A stretch of 64,000 nucleotides of DNA, taken from positions 37,696,001 to 37,760,000 of the forward strand of contig NC_083288.1 in NCBI RefSeq assembly GCF_963506605.1, in the 5' to 3' direction. Both the position numbers and the translations under genes were made by a program. The stretch is from Zootoca vivipara. Taxonomy: Eukaryota. The stretch's first letter is position 1. Every line of letters starts with the position of its first letter. The notes under the pieces are model-generated. The model ran no database searches and was not told the origin of the DNA. It was given only the letters and a program-made list of their open reading frames with translations. Shown in pieces: positions 25,157 to 36,710 of the stretch.

Positions 25157-25513
25157 GGACCCAGGTGGCGCTGTGGTTAAACCACTGAGCCTAGGGCTTG
25201 CTGATCAGAAGGCCGGCGGTTCGAATCCCTGTGACGGGGTGAGCTCCCGTTGCTTGGTCCCAGCTCCTGCCAACCTAGCAGTTCGAAAGCACGTCAAAAT
25301 GCAAGTACTGTAGATAAATAGGAACCGCTCCAGCAGGAAGGTAAACGGCGTTTCCATGTGCTGCTCTGGTTTGCCAGAAGTGGCTTTGTCATGCTGGCCA
25401 CATGACCTGGAAGCTATACGCCGGCTCCCCCGGCCAATAATGCGAGATGAGCGCGCAACCCCAGAGTCGGTCACGACTGGACCTAATGGTCAGGGGTCCC
25501 TTTACCTTTACCT
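25157..25513 (+). mobile_element. Sauria (Squam1) SINE
   Basis: Full length; TSD tacccaaagccac. Confidence 0.9.
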
Positions 25514-26210
25514 TACCCAAAGCCACAGGCACGAAGCTGAGCATAGTTGTCAGAAGTGCTAGCGCTGACTATGGTAGTGTCAGTGACTGCGTTCCTATTA
25601 AACAGCGGTCGGGGTGAGGGCAGACTGTCCAAAGGCCAGTCCCGGAACCCATGTCGGCGCCCTTTGTTAGGGTGCCAGACATAGGTGGCAACTCCCTGAA
25701 TGGGCAACCACCAATTTCGGTGCTAGGGCCCCAAGCACCCACGGTCGAGGGGCAAAGCTGGCACTCCTGAAGCTAGTTGGCTTAACGTGCGGCGAGCTGC
25801 TAGGGTGGACTATACTGTGTAAGTGCGCGCAGGGATTGCAGCGTCCCTTTATTTTTCATTACAGTATTAAAAGCAGGTGTGCGAGCGAGGTGTGACTTTC
25901 CAAACCCCCAAGTACGGGAAACCTTTCGTGACGCTTATGATGTCTGGCACAGCCCTGTAAAACCAAGTACCCCAAACCATACTGCTAAGGAGGCGAACCC
26001 GAACCACTCAACTACGGTATGTGCGTAGCTGCTCCGAAGTGCAGGCGCAAACTAGAGTACAAGTGCGAGCAGGCAAGGATTGCAGGCAAGGATTAAAAAG
26101 CGGGCGGGTGGGCGGGAGGGGTTATTATTATTATTATTATTATTATCTGATCTGACTTTCCAAACGGCCAAGTAGGGAAAATCTCCGGTGACGCTGGAGC
26201 AGCGTAACGT

Positions 26211-26253
26211 CAGCTCTTTCCGGGTGAGAAAGTGGGTGGCTCTTAAAAGAGCC
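26211..26253 (-). promoter_or_regulatory. Histone 3' stem-loop plus HDE (H1)
   Basis: Minus strand GGCTCT TTTA AGAGCC ACCCA...AAAGAGCTG. Confidence 0.95.
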
Positions 26254-26308
26254 TTTGGGATGGCGAGGGCTGAGGCAGGCAGGCAGGCAGGGCGGGCGCG
26301 GCGCCTCT

Positions 26309-27001
26309 TCACTTCTTCTTGGGCGCAGCCTTCTTGGGCTTGGCCACTCTGGCCTTGGGCGTCTTTGGCTTCGCTTTGGCCTTGGCCTTGACGGCCTTTG
26401 CCTTGGCGGGGCTCTTGGCCGCCGCCTTCTTGGGCTTGGCGGCCTTGGCCTTCTTGGGGCTCTTGGCCGCCGCTTTCTTGGCGCCCGCTGCCGGCTTCTT
26501 GGCGCCCGCCGCCTTCTTGGGGCTCTTCTTGGCGGCCGGCTTCTTGGGCTTCTTGGCCGAGCCGGAAGCGGGCTTCTTGGGCGCCACCTTCTTGCTGCGG
26601 ACGGCGGCCGCTGCCGGCTTCTTCTTCTTGGCCCCGGTCGCAGCCTTGTCCTTGGTGGTCTCGTGCAGCTGTTTCTTGTTGAGCTTGAAGGAGCCCGAGG
26701 CGCCCGTGCCTTTGGTCTGCACCAAGGTGCCTTTGCTCACGAGGCTCTTGAGGCCCAGCTTGATGCGGCTGTTGTTCTTGTCCACGTCGTAGCCGGCGGC
26801 CGCCAGCGCCTTCTTGAGCGCCGCCAGGGACACCCCGTTGCGCTCCTTGGACGCGGCCACCGCCTTGGTCAGCAGCTCCGTCACGCTGGGGCCAGACGCC
26901 TTGCGCGGCTTGGCGGCTCCCGCGGGCTTCTTGGCTTTCTTGGCAGGCGCCTTGGCGGCGGGCGCCGCGGCCACCGGTGCTTCGGGAACAGTCTCCGACA
27001 T
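26309..27001 (-). CDS. H1: Histone H1, protein identical to 15890-16582
   Basis: Identical 230-aa translation in the ORF track. Confidence 0.99.
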   Translation of the reverse strand: MSETVPEAPVAAAPAAKAPAKKAKKPAGAAKPRKASGPSVTELLTKAVAASKERNGVSLAALKKALAAAGYDVDKNNSRIKLGLKSLVSKGTLVQTKGTGASGSFKLNKKQLHETTKDKAATGAKKKKPAAAAVRSKKVAPKKPASGSAKKPKKPAAKKSPKKAAGAKKPAAGAKKAAAKSPKKAKAAKPKKAAAKSPAKAKAVKAKAKAKPKTPKARVAKPKKAAPKKK

Positions 27002-29614
27002 GATCGTCTCCGCTCTCCGCTTGTGCTGGTGCTGAAGGAGAAGGAAGCGGCGGGCTGCTGGCTAGAACCTCTCGGAACCGAAAAGTAAAGTCTGAAGTGC
27101 AGCCCCGGAGCTGCCTGCTATTTATAGGGGCGGAGCTGCGCGCTGATTGGTGCGCTCGCAGACCCCGCGCTCTCCTCCGCAGACAGAAATGGCTCCTGTC
27201 CCCGTTGCAACTTTGTGTTTCTTGAGTGCCACAAAACGGCCCAAATCGCTGCGTCCCCGCCTCGCAGCGCGCCGGGCCCCGGGCGAAACGGACCCGGGGG
27301 AGCCTCTCTCTCCGAGCCCGGCCGCCTCGGGTCCCGGGGAGGCGGCGCGCCAGGGAAAAGCAGGCAGAAGCGCGGCCGAGTCTCGCTCGGCGCGCCTGGC
27401 GCCTGGAAATCTTGGCCTTTTTCGGCTAAATTAAAAACTTCTCGTGGCGATCGGGGGCCGGAGAAACGCGCCGGGCCAATCTCGGGGGGGTCTGCGCCCC
27501 GCTGGTGGGGGACCCGGCGACTCCGGGGTGGCCGTTTGAGCGCAAAAGCGCTTCGAGTTGTGGCAAGTAACACATTCGTTCATTCACTTTGGGCCCAGAG
27601 AGAAGTTGCCTCGCACAGAAAAGCCCTCAGTTTTAGGCGTAGAAACAATATTTATTTATTTCTCTCACTCCTTTTCATGGCCTGACAATATATATTGATC
27701 CTAACATATAGTTATGAAACCACCCGTGGCATTTTATGGCGCTAGCATTCTCCCTGCCACACTAATGGGTGCTGGAGGCTTTTAAGTGCCTACGGACTGG
27801 CTCTCCGTCTGGAAAGTATATTATGCCTTCTTTTCACTCCATTCTGCAAAGTTTCATTTGTATATAATGTGGTTGCAATGAGACAGCCTGATTTCTGACC
27901 CAGATACATATTTGAAGAATCCATGTTGTCTCTGTTTATGGATGCCATGCAGCCTAGTGACATTTACATGTTTTGTGACTTGTGGTAATGTTTTAATTCC
28001 CTTTCATGGTCCTCATATAATTTTCTAACTTGAGTGGAATTAATGCATTTGCATTCCATTGCAAATAAAATGGATGTTTGTTTGTTTGTTTTAATAAATG
28101 CAGTCCTTTGCCGCCTCTGAAGGAATGCTTAACAAAAACGCCATAGTAACAATAAAAAAGCAAAATAAAGCATTACAAAACACACAGGATCACATCTTGT
28201 TTAACTTGTGCATGCAACAAATGTACATAACTCACATCAAGGGATCTTGGAGAGTTACAGCTTAAGCCACAAGATAATTTATTTATGGGATAAAACTTAC
28301 GTGCTTTCGGGAAATGGGATTTCAGCTTAGTTTTGTTTCCATTCTCCCAGATTTTAAAATTGCCCACTTGTATAATAAAAATAGCAGCAGCTGGTATAGC
28401 TGAAACCAGGGTGTGATATCACAGCCAGAATGTGAAGAATATGAAATTCCTGGGTTCTACTCTTTTGAAATGGTGGCAGTGAAGGAATTTCTCCCTCTCA
28501 ACCTCATGTACCTTTGCAGAGTTGTTGTAAATATACATGAATGCATTGCAACTTTAGCATCTGTGCTATACAGGGACACAGAAATCTCGCCAAAACTATC
28601 TCTTTTTAAATCTATCTATATCAAAACCACACCACACACACACAACCTTCCTTGCAAAGCCACTAGCTTGCTCTAGAAGCCACTAAAGATTAGAGCCTGG
28701 GGTGTTACTTGAAATACAGGAATGGGGAACCTGTGGCTCACCAGATGATGTTGGACTACAATTCCCATTAGCCACAGCCAGCACAGTCAACACTCAGGGA
28801 TGATGGGAGTTGTAGTCCAACATCAATTGGAGGCCCTAGCAGCAGATGCCATGATGGGGCTGTGTCTCTCGTGGCAGGATGACATGCCACATGGCCCTGG
28901 TCCTCACTTAAAGGGATTAAATGTGGGGAATACATGATGCGCAAGATATGGATAATAATTGAACAGTCCACTAGGTGGCAGTAAGAAACAAACATTTAAT
29001 AGTCACATCATTGAATCAGGGTACACAAAATTCAGAGAGGGACATTATTAGCAATTTTAGGCAGAGCAATAATTAACTTTCTGCTCTTCTGTTGAATCAG
29101 TTAAACAGCCAAGCATAGTTTACATTTACATACCTTGAGCATAAGAAGAAAATACTTGGAGATGAATATAGAAAGCCAACAAATGATTTAATTAAGTTGT
29201 TTTGTTCCTCTTTCAGCACTATTGAGTAGCCTAAAGTAGATTACCTGAGAGGAAGGAAAAGAGAGGATTCAAACGGGAAAGAGATGGCTGAGCAGAGAGA
29301 AAGGGAAAAAAAAGTTTCCTCTAGACTTTTCCAGTTTCCAAACCCACTCTATGTAGCATTAAATGGACAGCACAGCACAGAGATGTTGAAGTACAGTACT
29401 TCTTTAGGAAAGGTGAGTACAAAAATGCAAATATGAATGAATATGATGTACAAGGATACATGGCAATGGGGGAAGTAGCTTGCAAACAGGTGTCCATTAG
29501 GCAAAAAAAAAAAAAAAAAGCACAGATGAGGATAAATGAACACAAACGTGTGTATGAGCCTTCCATCTTGGACCAAACAGGACATTAAGGTGGATGTTAA
29601 AACTGGAGGTCAAG

Positions 29615-30128
29615 TCACCATGCTTCCAGCTCCCAGAAGGGCATGCAGTTGTCATAGTCAGAAACCACCAGAGCCCCTGGATTGGAGGCAGGGATGGGGC
29701 ATTCAGATGCCCCCGGAAAGCACTTGTCTGAAGCTACTAGGCAAGCTCCACAGGCTGCAGAACCTTCTCTGTGGGACGGCAAGCTGGACGGCACATTATT
29801 ACATTCCAGCAGGCACGGCCCTAAGGGATTGGGACCACATAGAGATAAGGTGTTGCTTGCCGGTTCCATCTCCTCAATGATGGGCTCAAAAAGTTCCTCT
29901 GGTCCTGACATCAGGGCGTCAAGGGAGAGCGCCCAGCAGGGGCTTGGGTCGGGAGCCACAAAGGCTTCCGCTGTGCCCAAAAAGGAGCCAGGAGGTGCCC
30001 GGGCTGGGGCTGGGTTGTTGGGCTTGGGAGGACTCGTTTGCTGCGATGCTGCAGGGAGTGTCTGAGCCTCCTGGGAAAGGATGGAGGAGGCCAAGCGGCG
30101 AGTAGCAGCCTCAATGTCTGAGAAACTC
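29615..30128 (-). CDS. C19orf85: C19orf85-like protein, last coding exon
   Basis: Strong acceptor (ttttcttttctttccccag). A phase-2 join gives ...[26 protein letters not shown]..., matching recalled human C19orf85 ([26 protein letters not shown]). Stop at 29615-29617. Confidence 0.8.
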
Positions 30129-31384
30129 CTGGGGAAAGAAAAGAAAAGGCTGTGAGTTTCCTTGCAGGCTGCCATGGGTTTACCTGAAGCAGTGCACTAT
30201 GGAAGACACCCAGCGCAGTTTTTTTCTTTAAAAAATGTTTAGGGGTACTCTCACATTTTCCTACTCATATTGAAATACTGCCCCTCAATGAGGGCAAACT
30301 TAGATTCACAAAATGTTTAGGGGTATGCGTACCCCGGCGTACCCCCATAAAAAAGCACTGGATACATCAGAGTTTCTTACCATGCCTTATAACACAGTTT
30401 GTAAGCATGCCTCCATCTCAGGGGTGCATTATATTATTATTATTATTATTACTACTACTACTACTACTACTACTAGAATCATGGAGTTGGAAGGGGCTTT
30501 CCTTCCTAAAAAAAACAAAAAAACTCAACAACATCGCTGACCCGAACCCCCCAAAATGGGGTAGATCACTGCCAGTTTTTAACTCTGTGAGTAGATCGCA
30601 GTCTCCTGGGAGTTGGCCACTCCTGATTTAACCCAACCTTTTGCAATGCAGGAATATGTAGCTGTCCCTCACGGGGATCAAGCCTGCAACCTTGGCGTTA
30701 TCAGCACCATGCTTTAACCAACTGAGCAATCCGGTGCTTATCACCCAAAAAGATCTCACATTTTCCCACAGCATCCCTCTGTATCTGCTTATAGGCACCG
30801 GTTTGGCATTTTTTTGGGGGGGAGAGCAGAGCCATTGTCAGAGAGAGGAAGGCAACGCCAGGCATTTGCCAAGGCCCCCCTCGCTGTTGCCCTTCCTTTC
30901 CCCAAGCCTCCAGGCTCTGTTCCTCTCCCTCCCTCCCCCTTTGCTGTGCTATCACTGCCTGTTCCCCTGCCCTCTCTGAGCATGTGGGAAGCGATCGAGT
31001 AAGAAGACAGAGCAGAATCCTTCACTTGCCCTCTGGGTGGTTATATGTATTGAGCCCTGAGGAGGAGGGCAAGTCAATGGGCAGAAGGAACATCAGCAAG
31101 GAGGAGATGGACCACTCAGGGCATCTTGCCTGAGACTCCTCTCCTCTTCTCCCAAATAAACTCTAGAGCCAGAATCATGGGGAGAGGAGAACAGGGATGG
31201 TAGCTGTTTTAGTTCAGAAGCAGCAATGCTTCTGAATATCTGTGGCTGGAAACCATGGGAGGGGAAAGTGCAGTGCGGCTCATGCGCTTCCCCACAGGCC
31301 TCTGGTTGTCCACGCATGGTGAGAACAGTATGGGCCACTGGCCTGATCCAGTAGGGCTCGTCTTATGTCCTTCGGACGTCCTAC

Positions 31385-31584
31385 CTGCAAATCTGGTTCT
31401 GTAGGAACCTCCGGTGGTTCACTTTCCTCTTGCCGGGCCGGCTCCTGCAGGGTCTCTGCAAGGTGCGCATGACATGGGATGCTGCTGTTGACACAAAGGT
31501 GCACAGATCCCTCCCGCGCTCGTATGAAGTCAGGGGACGTGGAGGCGCCACAGGAGGCTGGGAGACGTGGCTGCCGTGTGGCAT
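31385..31584 (-). CDS. C19orf85: C19orf85-like protein, first recognisable coding exon
   Basis: MPHGSH...RDLCTFVSTAASHVMRTLQ...[16 protein letters not shown] ends at a CAG|gtagga donor. The spliced ORF is 714 nt, or 237 aa. An acceptor at about 31620 implies a further upstream exon. Confidence 0.8.
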
Positions 31585-33431
31585 TCTCAGTTTTGTTAGG
31601 AGTTGATATGAAGCGCCTCCTGCAAAGTCCTGCTTTTGCTATGGTAGCCTGCCCCTGTGAGAGGTGGGGGGAAGAGAGCCCCCATCAGAAGAGCCTAGTC
31701 ATGGCATGTTTTTGTTCAAGTAAGCTGAGTTGCAACGCCTCTTGCTAAGCCCATCCATTGCTGTCTCCACTGTTGTCCTTCCTTATCCCTAATGAAATTT
31801 GAAATAGAAACAAGAGAGACCTCTTCTGGAAGCATCAAGTCAAGACAGGATCTCCTAAAATGTCACTCCTTTCTCTCCCCATCTCCTCGCAATCGCTAAG
31901 ATAGAAGAGCTTCACGAACTACGAACCCCAAAATTTGGGATCCCCTCCAAACCTGTCCCAAAGCTTTGCAAAGCCGTGACATGTGTTTTGCAGAACCCCC
32001 CCAAGCAGATACATCAAACTGGGATTCATAGTTAACGCTAAAAAAATGCAACATGTTGGATCCCAAATTTCGGGGTTCATAGTTAACGAAGCTATAAGAA
32101 AAGCCTTAAAGGTCTATTCATCTCTCCCATCTCTCACACCTGAACAGCAAAACAGAAATGCTGCTGAACAGGGTTTGGCTCTACCCTGGCTACACTGACA
32201 CTGGCTTGATTTACACCAGCTTCTTGTGCATAGCGTTGCTTCCTTACTTGCAATTAGTCTGCAAATGTACCGTTGGACGTGTGATTTCAGATGGTACAGA
32301 ATTTATTCTGGGTACAGAGCTGTTCAGACCCCAGGTCCTCTGTATCTGCACCTTAAGGAACCAGGAAAGGACTAGGAACCTATTTTGGCTGAGGGTTTAA
32401 AAGCGACTGTTCATTTCTAGATTAGCAAAACACAAATGGGACCTGCAACAAAAAGTGGCGATGGAGTGCAGCAGCATTCAGGATGCCAGCCACTTCGTTC
32501 CGTTTCCCTCTGACCCTCACCTAACAGCCGGCCGGCATTCCTTGCCTTTGAACACACACAGTCTTCACTGGGCAATTTTGGTGGGTTCACCCCAACAGAC
32601 CTTTTTAATTAAAAACAATCGCTGTCTTTAAAGGATGGGTCCCCCCAAGTCTGTGGGTACCTCTCTCTGGTGCAAAATGCCATTTAGGCTGCATAAGAAT
32701 TCATGCTCACATCCTGAATATTGGAAACAGAAGGAATGATACAAAATAGTCCTCAAGGGATTTCAGTCCTGAATTCAAGTCCTGGGTAGTTGTTTTATTT
32801 ATTTTTTTGGCTTGGGGTGGAATGGGCACCTTCTTTCCCTCCTCCCCCATCAACCCTCCCCCCCAGTTTCTTGGCAGATTGAGTCTTCACAGTTTTTGAC
32901 AGCATATTAACAGAATAAGAAGCGGTTGCCCCAGTTTAAACGAAGTGCCTTCCAGATGTGTTCCTAATTCCACATACCTGTTCTTAGATGAAGAGATGTG
33001 AGAAGCTGAGTTCCAAATAAATGCATCAGCGCTTGGCAATCTTCTCTCTGACTCCCCGAATGCCTGCTTATCTACCCTTCCATCCACCACCACCACCCCA
33101 AGACTGCTCCCAACAAACTCCTTTTGTTCCCAACTGCATCTATTTCTTCTCCCTCTTGTCCGAGGACTGCTGCTTTGAGATTGGTACCCAGCACAGAGTG
33201 GACTGATGAAGATGCTTAAGAACTCCACCCCTTTCCCTCTCCCTCTCTACCTCCCCCCCCCACACCCTCACCTTAAGGAAAATCATAGCCACTACAGTAA
33301 ACAGGAACCAGGTTGAAATTAATTCCTGTAAGGAATTTATTGGTTGTTAGTAAAGAAAGACATATTTGGTTGAGGGTGGGGTGGGGGTGCTAGCTCAGGC
33401 GAGACTGCAGGGAACAAGGTTTACTCAGATA

Positions 33432-34020
33432 CAGTGGTACTTTGGTTCTCAAACTTAATCCGTTCCAGAAGTCCGTTCCAAAACCAAGGCGTTCCAAAAC
33501 CAAGGCCACTTTCCCATAGAAAGTAATGCAAAATGGATTCATCCGTTCCAGACTTTAAAAAGCAACCCTTAAAACAGCAATTTAACATGAGTTTTACTAT
33601 CTAACGAGACTGTAGATCCATAAAAAGAAAGCAATAATCAATGCACTGTGCTATAAAATAAATAAAACAGTACTTTAGATGATAAAAACAAAAAAATATT
33701 TTTTTCTTACCTGCACTGAGGATAGTAAAAACAAATTACCGTAGCTGAAAAAGCCTCAAAAACAAAAACACAAAATAAATAGCAAAAACAAAAGCACCAA
33801 ACTTAACCTGTTCTAGAAGTCCATTTGACTTCCAAAATGATCTAAAACCAAGGTGCAGCTTCTGATTGGTGCAGGCCCCCCGGAAACAATAGCCGACAGC
33901 CGCATAGGACGCTCGGCTTCCGAAAAATATTCGAAAACCGCAACACTTACTTCCAGGTTTTCGGCATTTAGGAACCAAGGCGTTTGAGTACAAAGGCATT
34001 TGAGAACCAAGGTACCACTC
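33432..34020. mobile_element. Tigger/pogo-like non-autonomous DNA transposon
   Basis: TIR cagtggtac(c/t)ttggttctcaaa; same family as 7177-8118. Confidence 0.8.
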
Positions 34021-34337
34021 TGCTTATATTTGCAATGCCTTTAACATACATTGTAGAATTGTACAGTAAGACTGCAGCCCTATACACACTTGCCTAAGGA
34101 GGAATCCCCATCGAAAGCAATGGGATTTACCTCTCAACTGACATGCATAGCATTGTGTTGTTGAGGGCATCACAACTCAAGGGAGATCATGAACGCTGCT
34201 GAGGAACGTAGTTAAGAAATCTGTCAGAGGAAATGGGAAGGTTGGAAACCGTCATCTCAGCATATACACGTCCTTCCAGATTCAAGGCTGAGTGATGTCT
34301 GCAACCTTGAAGACCCCGAATCACTTCTGAGGCTGTG

Positions 34338-35678
34338 TATGAGGCTCTGGGCAGGAAGTTGAAGCAATTAAATGCACAAATTGTCATCTCATCTGTCCTC
34401 CCAGTTGAACGACATGGCCCAGGGAGAGAGGGAAAAATAGGGGAAGTGAACAACTGGCTTCGCAAATGGTGCAAACAGGAACGGTTTGGATTCTTAGATC
34501 ACGGTCTGCAGTTTCTTGAAGATGGACTTCTGGCAAGTGATGGGCTGCACCTCACAAAAGTTGGGAGGAATGTTTTTGCCATGAAACTCAAAAACCTCAT
34601 CAGGAGGGCTTTAAACTGACTTATGTGGGGGAGGGAGACAGTGGTCCTGAAGGTAGGAGTCTATCAAGTTCTGAAGATGATCATCCAAGTGTCAAGGACC
34701 AAATGGAGCAAAAAGTACGCAGACCTAGTGGTGAGAAGAAAATATCCTTAAATAAGAGACATGGGGGAATGATAAATGGTCTTCAATGTCTGTATACTAA
34801 TGCACAGAGCATGGGAAATAAACAAGATGAACTTGAGCTCTTGGTACAACAAACTAAATATGACATAATAGGCATTACTGAAACCTGGTGGGATGAGTCT
34901 CATGATTGGAATGTAGAAATAGAGGGATACAATCTATTTCAGAGAAATAGACCAAACAGGAGAGGAGGAGGAGTAGCGTTATATGTCAGGGATGTGTATA
35001 CCTGTGAAGAGATCCAGGATTTAAAACTTCAAAGCCAAGTTGAGAGTATCTGGGTCAAAATTAAGGGAGAGAAAAATAACAGTGACCTCATTGTGGGAGT
35101 TTACTATAGACCCCCAAGCCAAACTGAGGACACAGATGATGCCTTCCTGGAACAGATGACCAGGCATTCAAAAGGAGGTGAGATAGTAGTAATGGGGGAT
35201 TTCAACTATCCTGATATTTGTTGGATGTCAAACTCAGCCAAGAGCATAAGGTTGAACAGATTCCTCACTGGCCTTGCAGACAATTTCATTGTCCAGAAAG
35301 TGGGAGAAGCAACAAGAGGATCAGCCATTTTAGATCTGGTCCTAACCAATAGTGATGACCTGGTTAGTGGGGTAGAAGTGGCAGGATCATTAGGTGGGAG
35401 TGATCATGCTCTTCTGGAGTTTATTGTTCAGCGGAAAGGAGCAACCAAGCATACTAAGACTCAAATCCTAGACTTTAAGAAAGCCGACTTCAGAAAACTT
35501 AGGGAAGCGCTGGGTGAGATCCCATGGACAGAAATACTAAAAGGGAAGGGAGTTCATGATGGTTGGGAGTTTGTTAAAAGAGAGATATTAAAAGCACAAC
35601 TTCAGGCAATACCAATGAGACGGAAACATGGAAGGTGCCTAAAGAAGCCAGGGTGGCTATCTAAAGAACTTTTAACTG
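34338..35678 (+). mobile_element. CR1 LINE internal fragment: ORF1 C-terminus (SGNH esterase-like) plus ORF2 APE endonuclease
   Basis: ORF1 has VNNWLRKWC...FLDHG...DGLHL. ORF2 has CLYTNAQSMGNK, GITETWW, YRPP, MGDFNYPD, LDLVL and GSDH. RT and the 3' end are absent. Confidence 0.92.
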
Positions 35679-36176
35679 TTTTTTCTGGTGCTTTGGCAGA
35701 CGATGATTGGGTGTAACAGCGTTCATTCTTTAACCCGTTTTGTGCTGGTTTTTTTGCGCTTTGGCAGACTATGTCAGTGCTGCATGTTAGTTCCAGCGAA
35801 GGTATTATTCGTCATTTATTTCTGTTCTCTCCCCCCCAAAAAAGTGCAGCAGCTTTGGGGCAACCCCCCCAAAAGCAAAGCAACTTTTGCAACCCCCCAA
35901 AAAACCTCCAAAACTTTGGTTAGCAGCTTCCCCTAAAAAGCTCGACAACTCTGGGCACTTTGTGATAAATAAGTTTTTTTTGGTTTGGTTTGGTTAAATA
36001 ATTAGTTTTTGGTTTATTAAATACAGTTATATATTACAATTATACATTTTTGTTATTTAAACTATAAATATCGCAAAATTATGGGGTTTTTTCTCTCGAA
36101 GTGACACACCACCTGAGTTATGCTCAGTTTTTTGGTGAATTTTGACACACCAAGCTCAAAAGGTTGCCCATCACTG
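35679..36176 (-). mobile_element. One-ended hAT1-like DNA transposon fragment
   Basis: Ends in aaggttgcccatcactg; reverse-complement match to 43802-44235. Confidence 0.8.
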
Positions 36177-36604
36177 TTCTGGGTCCTCCTCTTTTCTCCT
36201 GCGTGAAAGGGAGCACCCTGTTGCAACAGTTCAATAAAGATCAAGCTTACTAGCTGCTTTGCTTCTCAATATTCTCTGGTTGGCCTCTGTTATTTTCTCC
36301 TGCCGATGGAGAACCTACAAAGGACTCTACAAAGGAATAAGGGCAGGTTTTGTTTATTACAGAGGTTTACAAGAAGAACGAAATAAATAAATAAAAGGGG
36401 GGGGGAACCCAACCAAATGAAACAATAATCCTACTTGATGTCAGTGGGCCATGAGTGCTGACTTAATTAACTCACTACCTGCAGCTTTGCCTCTGTCCTG
36501 TCCCAGTCTCACTCCTTCTCAATCCCAACAACCATTTTACCAAAACTTCCCCATGTCTTTCTTTGTTACATGTGTGTGTGTTGCTGCCTTTTTCTACGAT
36601 TTCC

Positions 36605-36710
36605 AAAGGCATGCCTAGGGGCTCACCGCTGGTCAGTTCCCCTGGCACTGACCAGACCCAGACCTGCTTAGCATCACTCGTGTCGCCGCCTCGTGCGCCT
36701 CCAGATCATG
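36605..36710 (-). pseudogene. Degenerate 5S rRNA-derived sequence (pseudogene or SINE3 head)
   Basis: Minus strand gctaagcaggtctgggtctggtcagtg resembles the 5S internal control region GCTAAGCAGGGTCGGGCCTGGTTAGTA. Confidence 0.4.

Larger units (their letters stand above)
26149..27907 (-). repeat. Right arm of the H1 inverted duplication
   Basis: Reverse complement of 14984-16742. Confidence 0.95.

Noticed and set aside
34625-35716. 363-aa ORF as a host nuclease gene
   Set aside because: It is CR1 ORF2 directly following CR1 ORF1, and its last residues come from the adjacent transposon.
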